A stretch of 20,597 bases of DNA from Ginkgo biloba (Eukaryota > Plantae > Ginkgophyta): NCBI GenBank assembly GCA_024626585.2, contig JANKJI020000002.1:180778747-180799343 (forward strand). Reading direction: 5' to 3'. Shown in pieces: positions 1 to 9,813 of this stretch (the stretch's first letter is position 1; every line of letters begins with the position of its first letter). The notes under the pieces were generated by a model. That model searched no databases, was not told the DNA's origin, and saw only the letters and a list, made by a program, of their open reading frames with translations. Position numbers and translations under genes: made by a program.

Positions 1-32
1 AAGGCACAATTTGCCCACTCGGGACATTTAGT

Positions 33-122
33 CCACTTCGCTCTTCTTTGTTGTTGATGGATGTTAATCTCTCTTCTCCATCGTTGACATAGGTTAATCT
101 TTCTTCTTCATCATCAAATGTT
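33..122. repeat. Degenerate 30-bp tandem repeat, about 3 copies
   Basis: Units gttaatctctcttctccatcgttgacatag (63-92) and gttaatctttcttcttcatcatcaaatgtt (93-122); a diverged copy at 33-62 shares ctcttct and gttga at the same 30-nt offset. The minus strand reads DDEEERLTYV-NDGEERLTSI-NNKEERSG. Confidence 0.65.
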
Positions 123-719
123 TGTTGTTGGCTTCCTCTGTTGTCAATGGACGTTCGACCTCTTGACACATTCAATCTTCAAAATCTTGTGTTCTTTTGG
201 GTTCGTAGCCACAAACTCTCCCTCTAAGTCCTTTGATAGACTTTGTCAAATGGGGCCACCAATATTCCTCCTTTGGTCTATGCCTTGGCTTTGCAATTCT
301 CCTCAGTAATAATGGGTGTGCTTTCCCTCAATGTCTCTTGATCTTTGAGACTTAATTGTGTAAGAAAGTTTGCAACATCTATCGCTTTACAAGATTCACC
401 ATTCACACCATTACTTTAGACATCCGATTCTTTGGAAATGTTATCCTCTCGGACAACATGTTCGTGATTTTCTTTTTGTTGTTTTTTTAGTCTTCTTTGT
501 TTTGCAATGTGGGTTGAACGTCGAAGGGGAAGTGTAGTCTCTTTATGAATTCTCCGTCATATTCTCGACGACAATTTTCTTCCAAGTTCTTTGCCAAGAT
601 ATCTGGGCGGAGTACCACTGTGTCGTCGAAGTGGGCGAGAATTATCTGATACTAATGCATAAAATATCAATTTTCCTTATCACTTGAAGATCTTTTCTCT
701 AGAGCCAGATTATTGAAGT

Positions 720-1110
720 TCTTTGCCTTTGATTACTAACGAGTTCAATGGTACAATTGAAGTGAGTGATGATCATTCGTACACCAATTTGGGTAGTGTT
801 GCAATGTCCTAGTGGTTGTATTGTAACCAATTTAGTCATTGTGACTAATGCTACAAGGGTAAATTGTGCCTTGCAATGATGAACACCCAGGATGAATTGT
901 TCGAGAAAGTCGAAGACCAATTTTTGTAATGGCACTTGGTCTAGGACTAGGTGCAATAGTTGATGATAGATATTATGGGGTTCACCCACTCATTGGAAAA
1001 TGTCACACTGCTTGGCTTGTTGGTCCACATCGGGAAATAAGATTGGCCACCATAATCTAGCCACAAAGTTGTTATGGACAATTTTGGTCTGACATGCCCC
1101 TCGATATCCC
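720..1110 (-). mobile_element. Degenerate Ty3/gypsy (non-chromovirus-like) integrase: Zn-binding domain and start of the catalytic core
   Basis: The minus strand reads IEGHV.. / ARLWWPILFPDVDQQAKQCDIFQ*VGEP...LHLVLDQVPLQKLVFDFLEQF...AQFTLVALVTMTKLV...IITHFNCTIELVSNQ. This follows the gypsy consensus GGH..AGLWWP.LF.D......CD.CQR.GKP..PL.P.L...PFEKWGLDF.GP...YILVATDY.TKWVEA..IITRFG.P.ELVSDQG, with a stop and frameshifts. Confidence 0.8.
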
Positions 1111-1569
1111 TTTGTATCACACAATTGAACTTCTGGTTATGAAAGTTATATTTTTATAACAAGAGGCCGTTGTGGTTGTTGACGACATTTTGGGTAGATT
1201 AGGTCATTGAAGCAAATAATCGTGCCTTGTTGCACTACACGTGTTCTTTTTTCCATTATTAATAAAAAAGGTTGTTTGTTGGTTGTAGCAGGTTGGTCCT
1301 ACTGTTGTTGCTCCCTCAGCTCATTCCTAATGCTCAGAACTAGTTATCACTCTCTCAGAACCGACCTAAGTCTTTTCAATTTCATTAATTACCTTCATTT
1401 GCCCCTCTTGATGCCTTTGTTTTGTTCGTTCCTGGCTTCTCCGAGTAGTGAGGCCCACGCCACTTATGTGCGCTTAACGCTTATTTTCAATGTGCCCTCC
1501 AGTGGTGCGCTGCTTAAGAGCGCATTGTTAAGTGACACCTTCTGCAACTACGTGCTCTTAAGTGACGCT

Positions 1570-3724
1570 AATCATTTATGATTGAAAAAAATAAAAAATT
1601 GAAAGAATTCCAAACGCCTCGTCTGTTTTTCCAAATGGACGAGGTCGCCTTGTGGCACAAGGCCTGAATGCATGGAATTTCAAGGCATAGAGTCCTAATT
1701 GGGCAATATTCCTCATCTACATCTATAAATTGAGCCTCAAAGTAGCCAATGGGAGGCAATTTGGATTGTAAGGTTATGCTGTCGAATTTTCCCCTTGTAG
1801 GCTAATCCACAAGCTCTATTATAGTAGCTTCTCATACATTTTCCAATCCCTACCCTTGCTCTTCTTCTCTTTTGGGTTGTTTCCTAACTGCAACCTCAAC
1901 TTCTAGGCCTTGTCCTTTGAAATCCTTCTAGGCCTTGCCCTAAACTCCAGGTCTTAATGTTATCTATTGTTGCAAGCAGCATGGTGAAGGATCTCCATGG
2001 CCCTACAATATTATCTCTACTTATCCATCATGATGTTAGATGTTGAATCAAACTATGGAGATAATAGGAGGATAAAAGGTATGTTTGGGACTCTACAATC
2101 AATCATATGACCTTCCATTACCCCAATTTAAGTGTTGATGTTCCTATTTACTTTTGTATATCTTTTTACTTAGTATGAAAACAAATAAGTTGAAAATAAA
2201 ATAATAAAGTAGTTGGTTAAAATTAAATTCAAGAAAGTTTGAATTATATCCTATATTATTTTTATTTTTTTGACTTTTAGAAATTTTTTTCTCTTAAGGT
2301 TATGATTAGGATTTCTTATAATAGTTCCTAGTTGTTCCTCTTTGGATTCTAGTGGCCCTGAGACCTAGGAATTCATTGTATTTTAGTGTATTCACTATTC
2401 ATAGATAGTTCAATTAGGGAATATCATATATCATTGGTATTTTCCTTCCCCATTCACTCATACAATCACATTTGATTTTGGAGTTTCCACTTGGTTGCTT
2501 ATGTTTGTTGTTGATTGCCTCGTATTTTCTTTTAAATAAAAAGGAATAAAAGCAAATTTATTTGCTTATGTTCACATTTGGATTGCGGCTAAAAACTACA
2601 TTCTAAATATAATTTTAAACTACCTTTTATATTCTTGTATGGTTCCCCTATGTTGTACCCAAGGCTCTTATTACTTATAGGAGGGATCTTTACTCTTCTC
2701 CTATCCCTTTGTTGTGTAAAACACNNNNNNNNNNNNNNNNNNNNNNTAAAGTGACTTGTTGTCCTATACTTACTTACATGGTCATTTTCTACCCTCATTT
2801 TCATAGTTTTTTTCTTGCTTCCCTATCTATGGCATCTTAGTAGTTATTTCCTTACTAATTTTAGATTTCCCTTTTTCCTATCCCTGGGTAGAGTCATATT
2901 GGTTTTTGGGTGTTACTTAGCTTACCCCATTGTTTAAATTTCATTGAAACCAAAGGAAGGGTAAGGGAAATATAAAGAATGAACCTTATATTTTACATAG
3001 TGAGGCTATCTTTATTTCTATTATATCCACTATTGTGATTCTCAACACATCTTTCTTCTATTGTTATATGCTACATGGATGATTCATTTTGATGTAAAGT
3101 TCATATGTTTACTTATATAAATACATGTTGTAGATAGTTATCATTACATTTAATTTATGTTTCATACATTGATCCATATGGCTACACACACAACCACACA
3201 TTACTTCATGCAATGAAGCATGCATGGAGGGTGTTTTGATCCCTAACTCATGATTCGATGGATTAGTGTTGGATTACATGGGGAGGGAGCGCACATAATT
3301 TTTCATTTTTTTGGAAACTCCAATAAAGAGGACAATTCATAGTCTATCTCTACCTTTTCATTATTCCCTTTAGTTTTTTTTGGTTTCACTTGGGTCTTTT
3401 GGGTAAGTCTTAAGTGCTTAATAGTCAAACCCACTCTCTTAATCTTAGTATTATATTGTTAGTACTAATCCCCCTTCCTCACATAGGGCCCCTTTAGTTT
3501 TTCCTCCCCTAGCTAATCAGATATGAATAACAGTAGGGAAGAGGACTATTAGGCATTAATCTTACCCCTTTAGAGGACCCATTCTAATAAATTCTAGGGN
3601 NNNNNNNNNNNNNNNNNNNAAGTTATTGGAAAACCTTATTTATGAGGGTGATTCTTGGGAGTAGGCATGAGCTATAACTAGGGATTATAAACATTATTAC
3701 CCACATTGGCGACATGCGATGGCT
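1570..3724 (+). mobile_element. Probable decayed LTR/leader of a + strand retrotransposon, ending ...CCCACA (3705) followed by a PBS-like TGGCGAC (3707-3713)
   Basis: Non-coding, LTR-like composition with tctataaat near 1722. A CA end followed by TGG-starting sequence sits upstream of a same-strand gag remnant. Boundaries are approximate and the region may be a mosaic of elements. Confidence 0.35.
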
Positions 3725-4097
3725 CTATGAATGTCCTCTAGGATTGATTAGTTATGTTGATGCATCACTAATCTCCCTTTAGGAGGTCCATAAGGGTCTT
3801 CATCATCCCTAGGGGTACTAGAGTCTCCAATTCCTTTAGTTCCTTAANNNNNNNNNNNNNNNNNNNNNNNNNNNNNNNNNNNNNNNNNNNNNNNNNNNNN
3901 NNNNNNNNNNNNNNNNNNNNNNNNNNNNNNNNNNNNNNNNNNNNNNNCTTGCCTTCACCGCCGCATCTATTAAAATTTTTTGTACAAGGATTGTTGCCCC
4001 ATGTCTAGAACTCAGTTCAGTTGCATCCAATGCTAAATTACAAGCAAATTCAAGACCTTCTTATCAGGTTCAAAAACCAATTGGTTAACACTAACTT

Positions 4098-4670
4098 GTG
4101 TTATATAACACAAGTTATATGGCCCCAACACAAGATGTAGAAATTGAGCAATTACAACAAGAATTGTTTGCCTTAAACTTACAAAAACAACAACAAAATG
4201 ATCTCATAGCCAAAAGTCTTCCCATAGATATAGCAAACAAAACTCAGGTAGGAAATGTCTCTGACTCATTGTTGCGATGTATGGTTCCCACCTCTGTGTA
4301 ATTAGCAAGGGCACTTATGTAAAGAACATATTGATGATCAGACAATACTTGTATTAGAACAATGGTGTGACATTTGCAAGGTAAACTGACATAGTACCGA
4401 GACATGTTACTATAATCAATGAAGCCAATGGAGAATACAAGCAAGTTGCAGAGGTTACAGGGGATGAGGAACACAAAATATGTTCTACCGACACGCCAAT
4501 AGTTGACCTGGACAATATCAAACATGGGAAGGTAACACTGAGGTGATTCGTTGTCATCTATGTCTACGATGGGGGCAAAGATGAGTAGGATGTCTTATGT
4601 CAAAAAATGGTGGCCCATTCGTATGTGAAGAATGTCATCCAGGAGATCACAAGTGGGTTTGTTGGCCTAG
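4098..4670 (+). mobile_element. Degenerate retrotransposon gag (nucleocapsid region) with four CCHC zinc-knuckle-like motifs
   Basis: A single frame from 4276 reads DVWFPPLCN*QGHLCKEH..EQWCDICKVN*HSTETCYYN..RGYRG*G..VIRCHLCLRWGQR*VGC..FVCEECHPGDHKWVCWP. The motif at 4366-4407 has exact CX2CX4HX4C spacing. It is preceded by a coiled-coil-like VEIEQLQQELFALNLQ. Six in-frame stops. Confidence 0.75.
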
Positions 4671-5014
4671 TTTTGGATCCTATACAATCTCTCAATTTAC
4701 AAACTTGAAGTGGAAAGGTCATAGTTCCTACAAAGAAGGATGATTTAGACTTCCCAAATGCTATTAAAGAAAATATTTGTTTCGAAGAGGTTCTACAAAC
4801 CATTCAAGAAATGATTAGGGAACTACAACCATTGCCCAAAACAATAATCAACAAGCTCATCGAATAAAAGAAAACCCCACAAACAAAGATAGGACCACAA
4901 GTATACCAACAAAAACAACAATTCTAGCTATTGTTACGTCACAAATTGGCCTTTAGGCAAGTATGCATTGCGGCCAAAAGCTCTTGTATTACTGGTATTG
5001 TTTCTCTACTGGGC

Positions 5015-5880
5015 TTAGGATTGGCCGTTGCTCCCTCCTAGTGGAAGGTTGGGATGGAAGTTCTTAAGGCAACCCCTAAGGGTGACTTGTTGGAGGTTAG
5101 CAGACTTGAATGTTGGGCAGGTTGCCATATTTTTGTAGAGTAGATTTGTTTGCATGCTATATGGTGTTTGTAGCTCCTGAGTTTCTAATGGTGATTCCTG
5201 CATAAATTCTTCATATTCCTTCGAACTATGATTACTAATTATGTCTTCTACGAGAATGTTGGACAACTGCTTTGCTTGAATTGTGGCAAATATTTTCTTA
5301 GTGGATGTTGTTTTGACATTGAAGACCAAAGGGTCTCTTCTTGCCTTGGCATTGGGGTCAGGACTCTATTGTATTTTCTCTGCTTTTGTGAATTTTGATA
5401 TTATTTCATTTGTCTCATTTATGGTTTTGGCTACTTTGGCTAGCATCATATGTGGTTCTAGCCAAAGTAGCCAAAACCATAAATGAGACAAATGAGTGCT
5501 GCTATAGCTTCTTGTTGCCTTCCTGGTGTCATCCCCTATTTTCCCCAAGAGAGTCATCATTCTTTGGTTTGCCCACTTTACATGTCCTCTTTTGCGGGGT
5601 TAGTCAATTGCGTTATGTGATTGCGTTCTTCTTATTAATTCCTGCTCCTTTATGCAACAAACATGCCTCGGTGTTGTCGTCTCTTTCATTATTACTAGTT
5701 TTGCATCCATTGGACCTCATTGCGGCCTTAGCTATGGGTGGCTTTAGTTACAACCCATTGATATGTTCCTAGGCAAGGTCTTTATTAATCCGGTCATATG
5801 CTTGTTTGGTTGACTCTCACCTCACAGTTTGGATACCTATCCTTGGTCACCTTGGTCTATATCCCCTTGGAATATAAGCG
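5015..5880 (-). mobile_element. Probable degenerate leader and gag N-terminal region of a minus-strand Ty3/gypsy element
   Basis: Collinear minus-strand ORF pieces (5366-5560 and 5015-5329, same frame, separated by a stop) lie directly downstream of a PBS-like site. No diagnostic motif was recognised. Confidence 0.4.
5406..5495. repeat. Perfect 38-bp inverted repeat with 14-nt spacer
   Basis: 5406-5443 tcatttgtctcatttatggttttggctactttggctag is the exact reverse complement of 5458-5495 ctagccaaagtagccaaaaccataaatgagacaaatga; spacer catcatatgtggtt. Confidence 0.97.
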
Positions 5881-5882
5881 AG

Positions 5883-6180
5883 GTCTCAGCAACAAAACCA
5901 AATGTTGACTAATAATGGGTCCCGCGTGTGGATCCCACCATCAAAATGGGTTAGCAATGAGCATTCATACACAAGGATTTAGCATATATTAATTACATAG
6001 AACATCATAAAGATAGTGCACAAACATCAACACACAATATGATGTACACATCCTCATTTATTACTTATTGAATGATGGTACATAAATGTATCTGCTAGAG
6101 AATGACCTCTCCATCAAACCCTAGAACTCCCACTTGACTCCAATTCTTCTCTTGTCACTCAAGTGATACACTCTTCACCA
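5883..6180 (-). mobile_element. Degenerate primer-binding site (about 5883-5900) and adjoining 3' end of a 5' LTR (CA end at 5903-5904)
   Basis: The minus strand reads ...AGTCAACA-TT-TGGTTTTGTTGCTGAGAC, resembling the Athila-type PBS TGGCGCCGTTGCCGGGGA (10/18 identical, mostly C>T and G>A transitions) after a CAACA end. Minus-strand AATAAA near 6057-6062. Confidence 0.5.
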
Positions 6181-6182
6181 TT

Positions 6183-7434
6183 GTGAACCATCTAACTGCT
6201 TCCGGCCAAGTTACCAAGATCCACCTCAGAGGGTCCCGATTCCGAACCTGGGACGTCCCCGGAGCGGGTACGGCTGGGAGATGTTTCCCAGCCATTTCCC
6301 TTTCTTTTTTTCCATTTTTCTCTTAAAAACTCAAAAGAAAGAAGAAATAAGCAATGAGAATTGGAAAAATAAATCCTAGAATGTTTTTTCAAGCATAAAT
6401 GCACATTTTTGCTCATTGAAAACTCAAGTTTTTTNNNNNNNNNNNNNNNNNNNNNNNNNNNNNNNNNNNNNNNNNNNNNNNNNNNNNNNNNNNNNNNNNN
6501 NNNNNNNNNNNNNNNNNNNNNNNNNNNNNNNNNNAAGGAGTATAGAAATTAACTAAAACAATCTTAAAATAAGCCAAAATGGAGGGAATATATGTTCCTT
6601 AGCTTAAGGAGTAGTTTGTTATCAAAATAACACTCCCAATTGACTTGTATGAATCCCAAATAAAGGTGCCTAAGTTTGGAGTATAAAAAGAGACCGCTTC
6701 CTCATTTCTTATCATTAGATCGTTAGAGATAAATACTTCTTCCACTTCAGAGCATTGAAGACCATCCGAGGAAGTACATGCACCCCACTAAGTATTCTTG
6801 TGGATAGAAGGCATCCTGAACTCATCATCTATCTTCTTTTCACCATCTTGATCTACTTGGTAACTATGATATTCTATTATGAGATCATTAGTGGCAATTT
6901 TGATTATTATTAATATCTTGGTATATTGTTTGGAATCATTACTTACTTTTATTTGTGAGTGTAACTTCTTNNNNNNNNNNNNNNNNNNNNNNNNNNNNNN
7001 NNNNNNNNNNNNNNNNNNNNNNNNNNNNNNNNNATGTATATGTGTCAATGCCCTAAGTCAAGCCAAGATGTAGTTTGCAGTGTATTTTAGTTCGATCCGG
7101 TTGGACTGAGATGTTTTGTTATGGTCTACGATGGTTCACAATATGTTTCTGTATGGTTCGATTGATGTCAGTCCCATTTAATCCAAATTGGTTGGGTTCA
7201 ACTAGTTACGATGGTCTATAGTGGTCTCTAGTCTAGTCCAAATTGGACTCCACCCTAGATTATTGCCAACCACCATTGATCACCATAACTAGACAAACCT
7301 AGATTCTTTAGAAAAAAGGTGTCTCTTGTACAATGACTCCCTTAACTTAATTAAATAGTCAAATTCTTATTATTTGTACTATTTTTGAGTTGATTGTTTG
7401 TTTCCTTGGGAAAGCCCCATGAAGGGGCATTATA
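6183..7434. mobile_element. LTR-like segment(s): CpG-retaining start, TATAAAAAGAG box near 6683, and an LTR-terminus-like GGGGCATTATA at about 7424-7434
   Basis: Non-coding. TATA box followed by cctcattt, as often seen in plant LTR U3/R regions. The terminus resembles the reverse complement of TGTAATGCCCC. Interrupted by two N-gaps, so structure and boundaries are uncertain. Confidence 0.4.
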
Positions 7435-7439
7435 CATCC

Positions 7440-7925
7440 GTTACCTGATCGATTTATGGAATAATTCCCTCATCATAGTATTAGATTTGATATATGACTG
7501 ACAACCCACAGGTTTAGGGTGCATACCCCTAGGCCTAACCCTTAGAGACAATCCTTTTAAAAAAATTATATATCTATTTTATTGAGTTCCCTTACCTGCA
7601 TTGCTCTATTAACCAAACACTATTAATCTTGGAGACTTGATGAAGTTATAAGTATGATCGGGGGTGAATATACTCCATTTTATAGATTTTTTGAAGACTA
7701 CAATTTATGATGCGATTGAATACTATTAGTGCTATGATCAAAGACCATTGTAATTGATTGTTGGCTTGAAGGTGGAAACTAAACAAATTTGATTTAACCT
7801 TTATGCTCCATAGCTTTTAGCTTCTTGTTATTTTGCAATAAATATTATGCTATTCCCCTTCCAATCTATCTCTAGGCATATTGATCCCAAATATCATGCT
7901 TTCTTCTCGAAGTGGGGCAATATAG
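7440..7925 (+). mobile_element. Highly decayed chromovirus-like integrase C-terminus/chromodomain and PPT-like site
   Basis: Scattered fragments FRVHT.., SF*KNYIS (cf. HVSLLKKYIS) and L*SKTI..WK (cf. LRxRTI..YLVKWK), then the purine-rich gaagtggggcaa near 7908-7920. Frames are broken and evidence is weak. Confidence 0.3.
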
Positions 7926-9639
7926 ATGTCAAGGCTATCATCAAGTATTATGTGTACTCCATATTGGTTAATTATTGCATGGACACACTATTATATTTTA
8001 TGAAATTTTCCTTTTAGAATTCTTGAAGGTAAATGCTAATGATAAGGGATTTTCCTTAGTTGGCCTAACATTGAGTTGATTGAGTGGTTCAATTGGTTTT
8101 CTTTAATGCATGTCAAGTCAAAAACAAATTTTAAATGCTGCATGAATAAGTAGTAGTTTTCAATTTTACAAGTTTTGAATAAAAAATTAATCTTGAGGTG
8201 TTTGAATCTTTAGTTCAATCCTTTCTCCTAAATTCATAGTAATGTGATTTATATCCAGTAACTTTTATGAGGAATTGAGGAGCATATGACAAATATTCAT
8301 GAGCTATAATTGCATACATATGTTGTAAACTAGATGACTTATTACAATCCATCTATCTCTCTATCTATCTATCTATTAGAGTTCTCATCCAAACTACATG
8401 AATGTTTCGAGTATTTCTGACATTAGTTGTTCAAGTAAATGGAAGACCATTGTGTGCTTTCTTACCTTATTATTATATTGTTATTGTTGATCAATAATCA
8501 ATACTACATGACCCTGTCTCCCTATTTGGAAGAATGTGTTCCTTGAGTTGCATTGTGATGTAGGCTTCTATAGGTCAAAGTGGGGGTATGTAATAAAGAC
8601 ATCTCTATTTTGAGATTAAATATAACTAGAGTAGGATTAAGGGCACACTAAGAACAAGTACATGAAAGGCATGCAAGCAGGATAAAGACTACAAAAGGGA
8701 GAGAGTTACTCAGAGGGATGTTGGACGTTGAAAATATTTTGATACTAGATACACATTTGNNNNNNNNNNNNNNNNNNNNNNNNNNNNNNNNNNNNNNNNN
8801 NNNNNNNNNNNNNNNNNNNNNNNNNNNNNNNNTTAAGGTCTGCAACAAGAAACATCTAACTCTAGAAATCTGTTTTGTGCCAAAAGCATCCTCAATGATT
8901 AATTGTCTTCACATACATTTTAAAATAGTAATTGTAATCACTGCTGTTTTATTCATACACACCATTCAAAATCCTGTTTACAGCCTTGTGCTTGTGGAGC
9001 TTGTTTATTTGTGGGATGTGTTTATTTCTTTTCACCTTTTTACTTAGGCTTTGGTGCTGTTAGTGGTTCCTTGCAAGGTTATATGTTTTCAATAAAAAAA
9101 TGTGTTTTGGGTAACTTCACATATGGAAAAATTCATTTGCCATCCTTTGCAAAACATGGTATTGAATTTCATTTGCAGTCAATAGAACCTACTTTCATTT
9201 TGTAAAACAATCAGGATAGGGAAACCCTTCAATAACTTGTTCACTTTTGTTTTACATGGTTTCAGTGCATATTTGTTGCATCTCTAATTTTTCCTATGTA
9301 CAATAAAGTTATCTTTTTGGATGCCATCTAAGAAAGACAATCCAGTTATTGGCATGTAGTTAATGGAATTGGAAGTCTTTTGATGGCAACATTGAAGTAC
9401 TTAGCCCACAATGTTTAAAAAACTGGACTATTCTGAACAAGCCAAATGCTTTCCTGCAATCTACTACCATTTAATAAATGCCATGTATACTCATTCTGAA
9501 TGCAGATGTCTATCACATTGCATATCTGTATAAGGAAAACAGATAGGTGTAATGTTCTGGCCGTTGATTGTCATGCTCTGTTANNNNNNNNNNNNNNNNN
9601 NNNNNNNNNNNNNNNNNNNNNNNNNNNNNNNNNNNACAG

Positions 9640-9813
9640 ATTCTAGATAATGGCTGTGCATATGTGGTGGAGGATGGTGATGTATACTTCTCTGTTGACA
9701 ACTTTCCAGACTATGGCCGTCTGTCTGGGCGCAAATTGGATGATAACCGAGCAGGGGAGCGTGTGGCAGTGGATTCACGGAAGAAAAATCCTGCAGACTT
9801 TGCTTTATGGAAA
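9640..9813 (+). CDS. CysRS: CysRS exon (catalytic domain/CP insertion): [58 protein letters not shown]
   Basis: Acceptor acag|ATT directly after an N-gap (AG 9638-9639); donor AAA|gtaagt at 9814; 58 codons; conserved GDVYF and DFALWK. Confidence 0.93.

Noticed and set aside
33-122. CRISPR-like array
   Set aside because: Head-to-tail degenerate repeats with no unique spacers, no cas genes, eukaryotic context.
3736-3784. Imperfect stem around gattagt...actaatc just after the putative PBS
   Set aside because: Only 7 perfect bp; could be a leader structure but is not distinguishable from chance.
5283-5772. Hydrophobic + strand ORFs resembling small membrane proteins
   Set aside because: They are the T-rich antisense of an A-rich gag-like strand and partly produced by the inverted repeat.
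8350-8376. Short (TCTA)n-like microsatellite
   Set aside because: Short, imperfect and commonplace.
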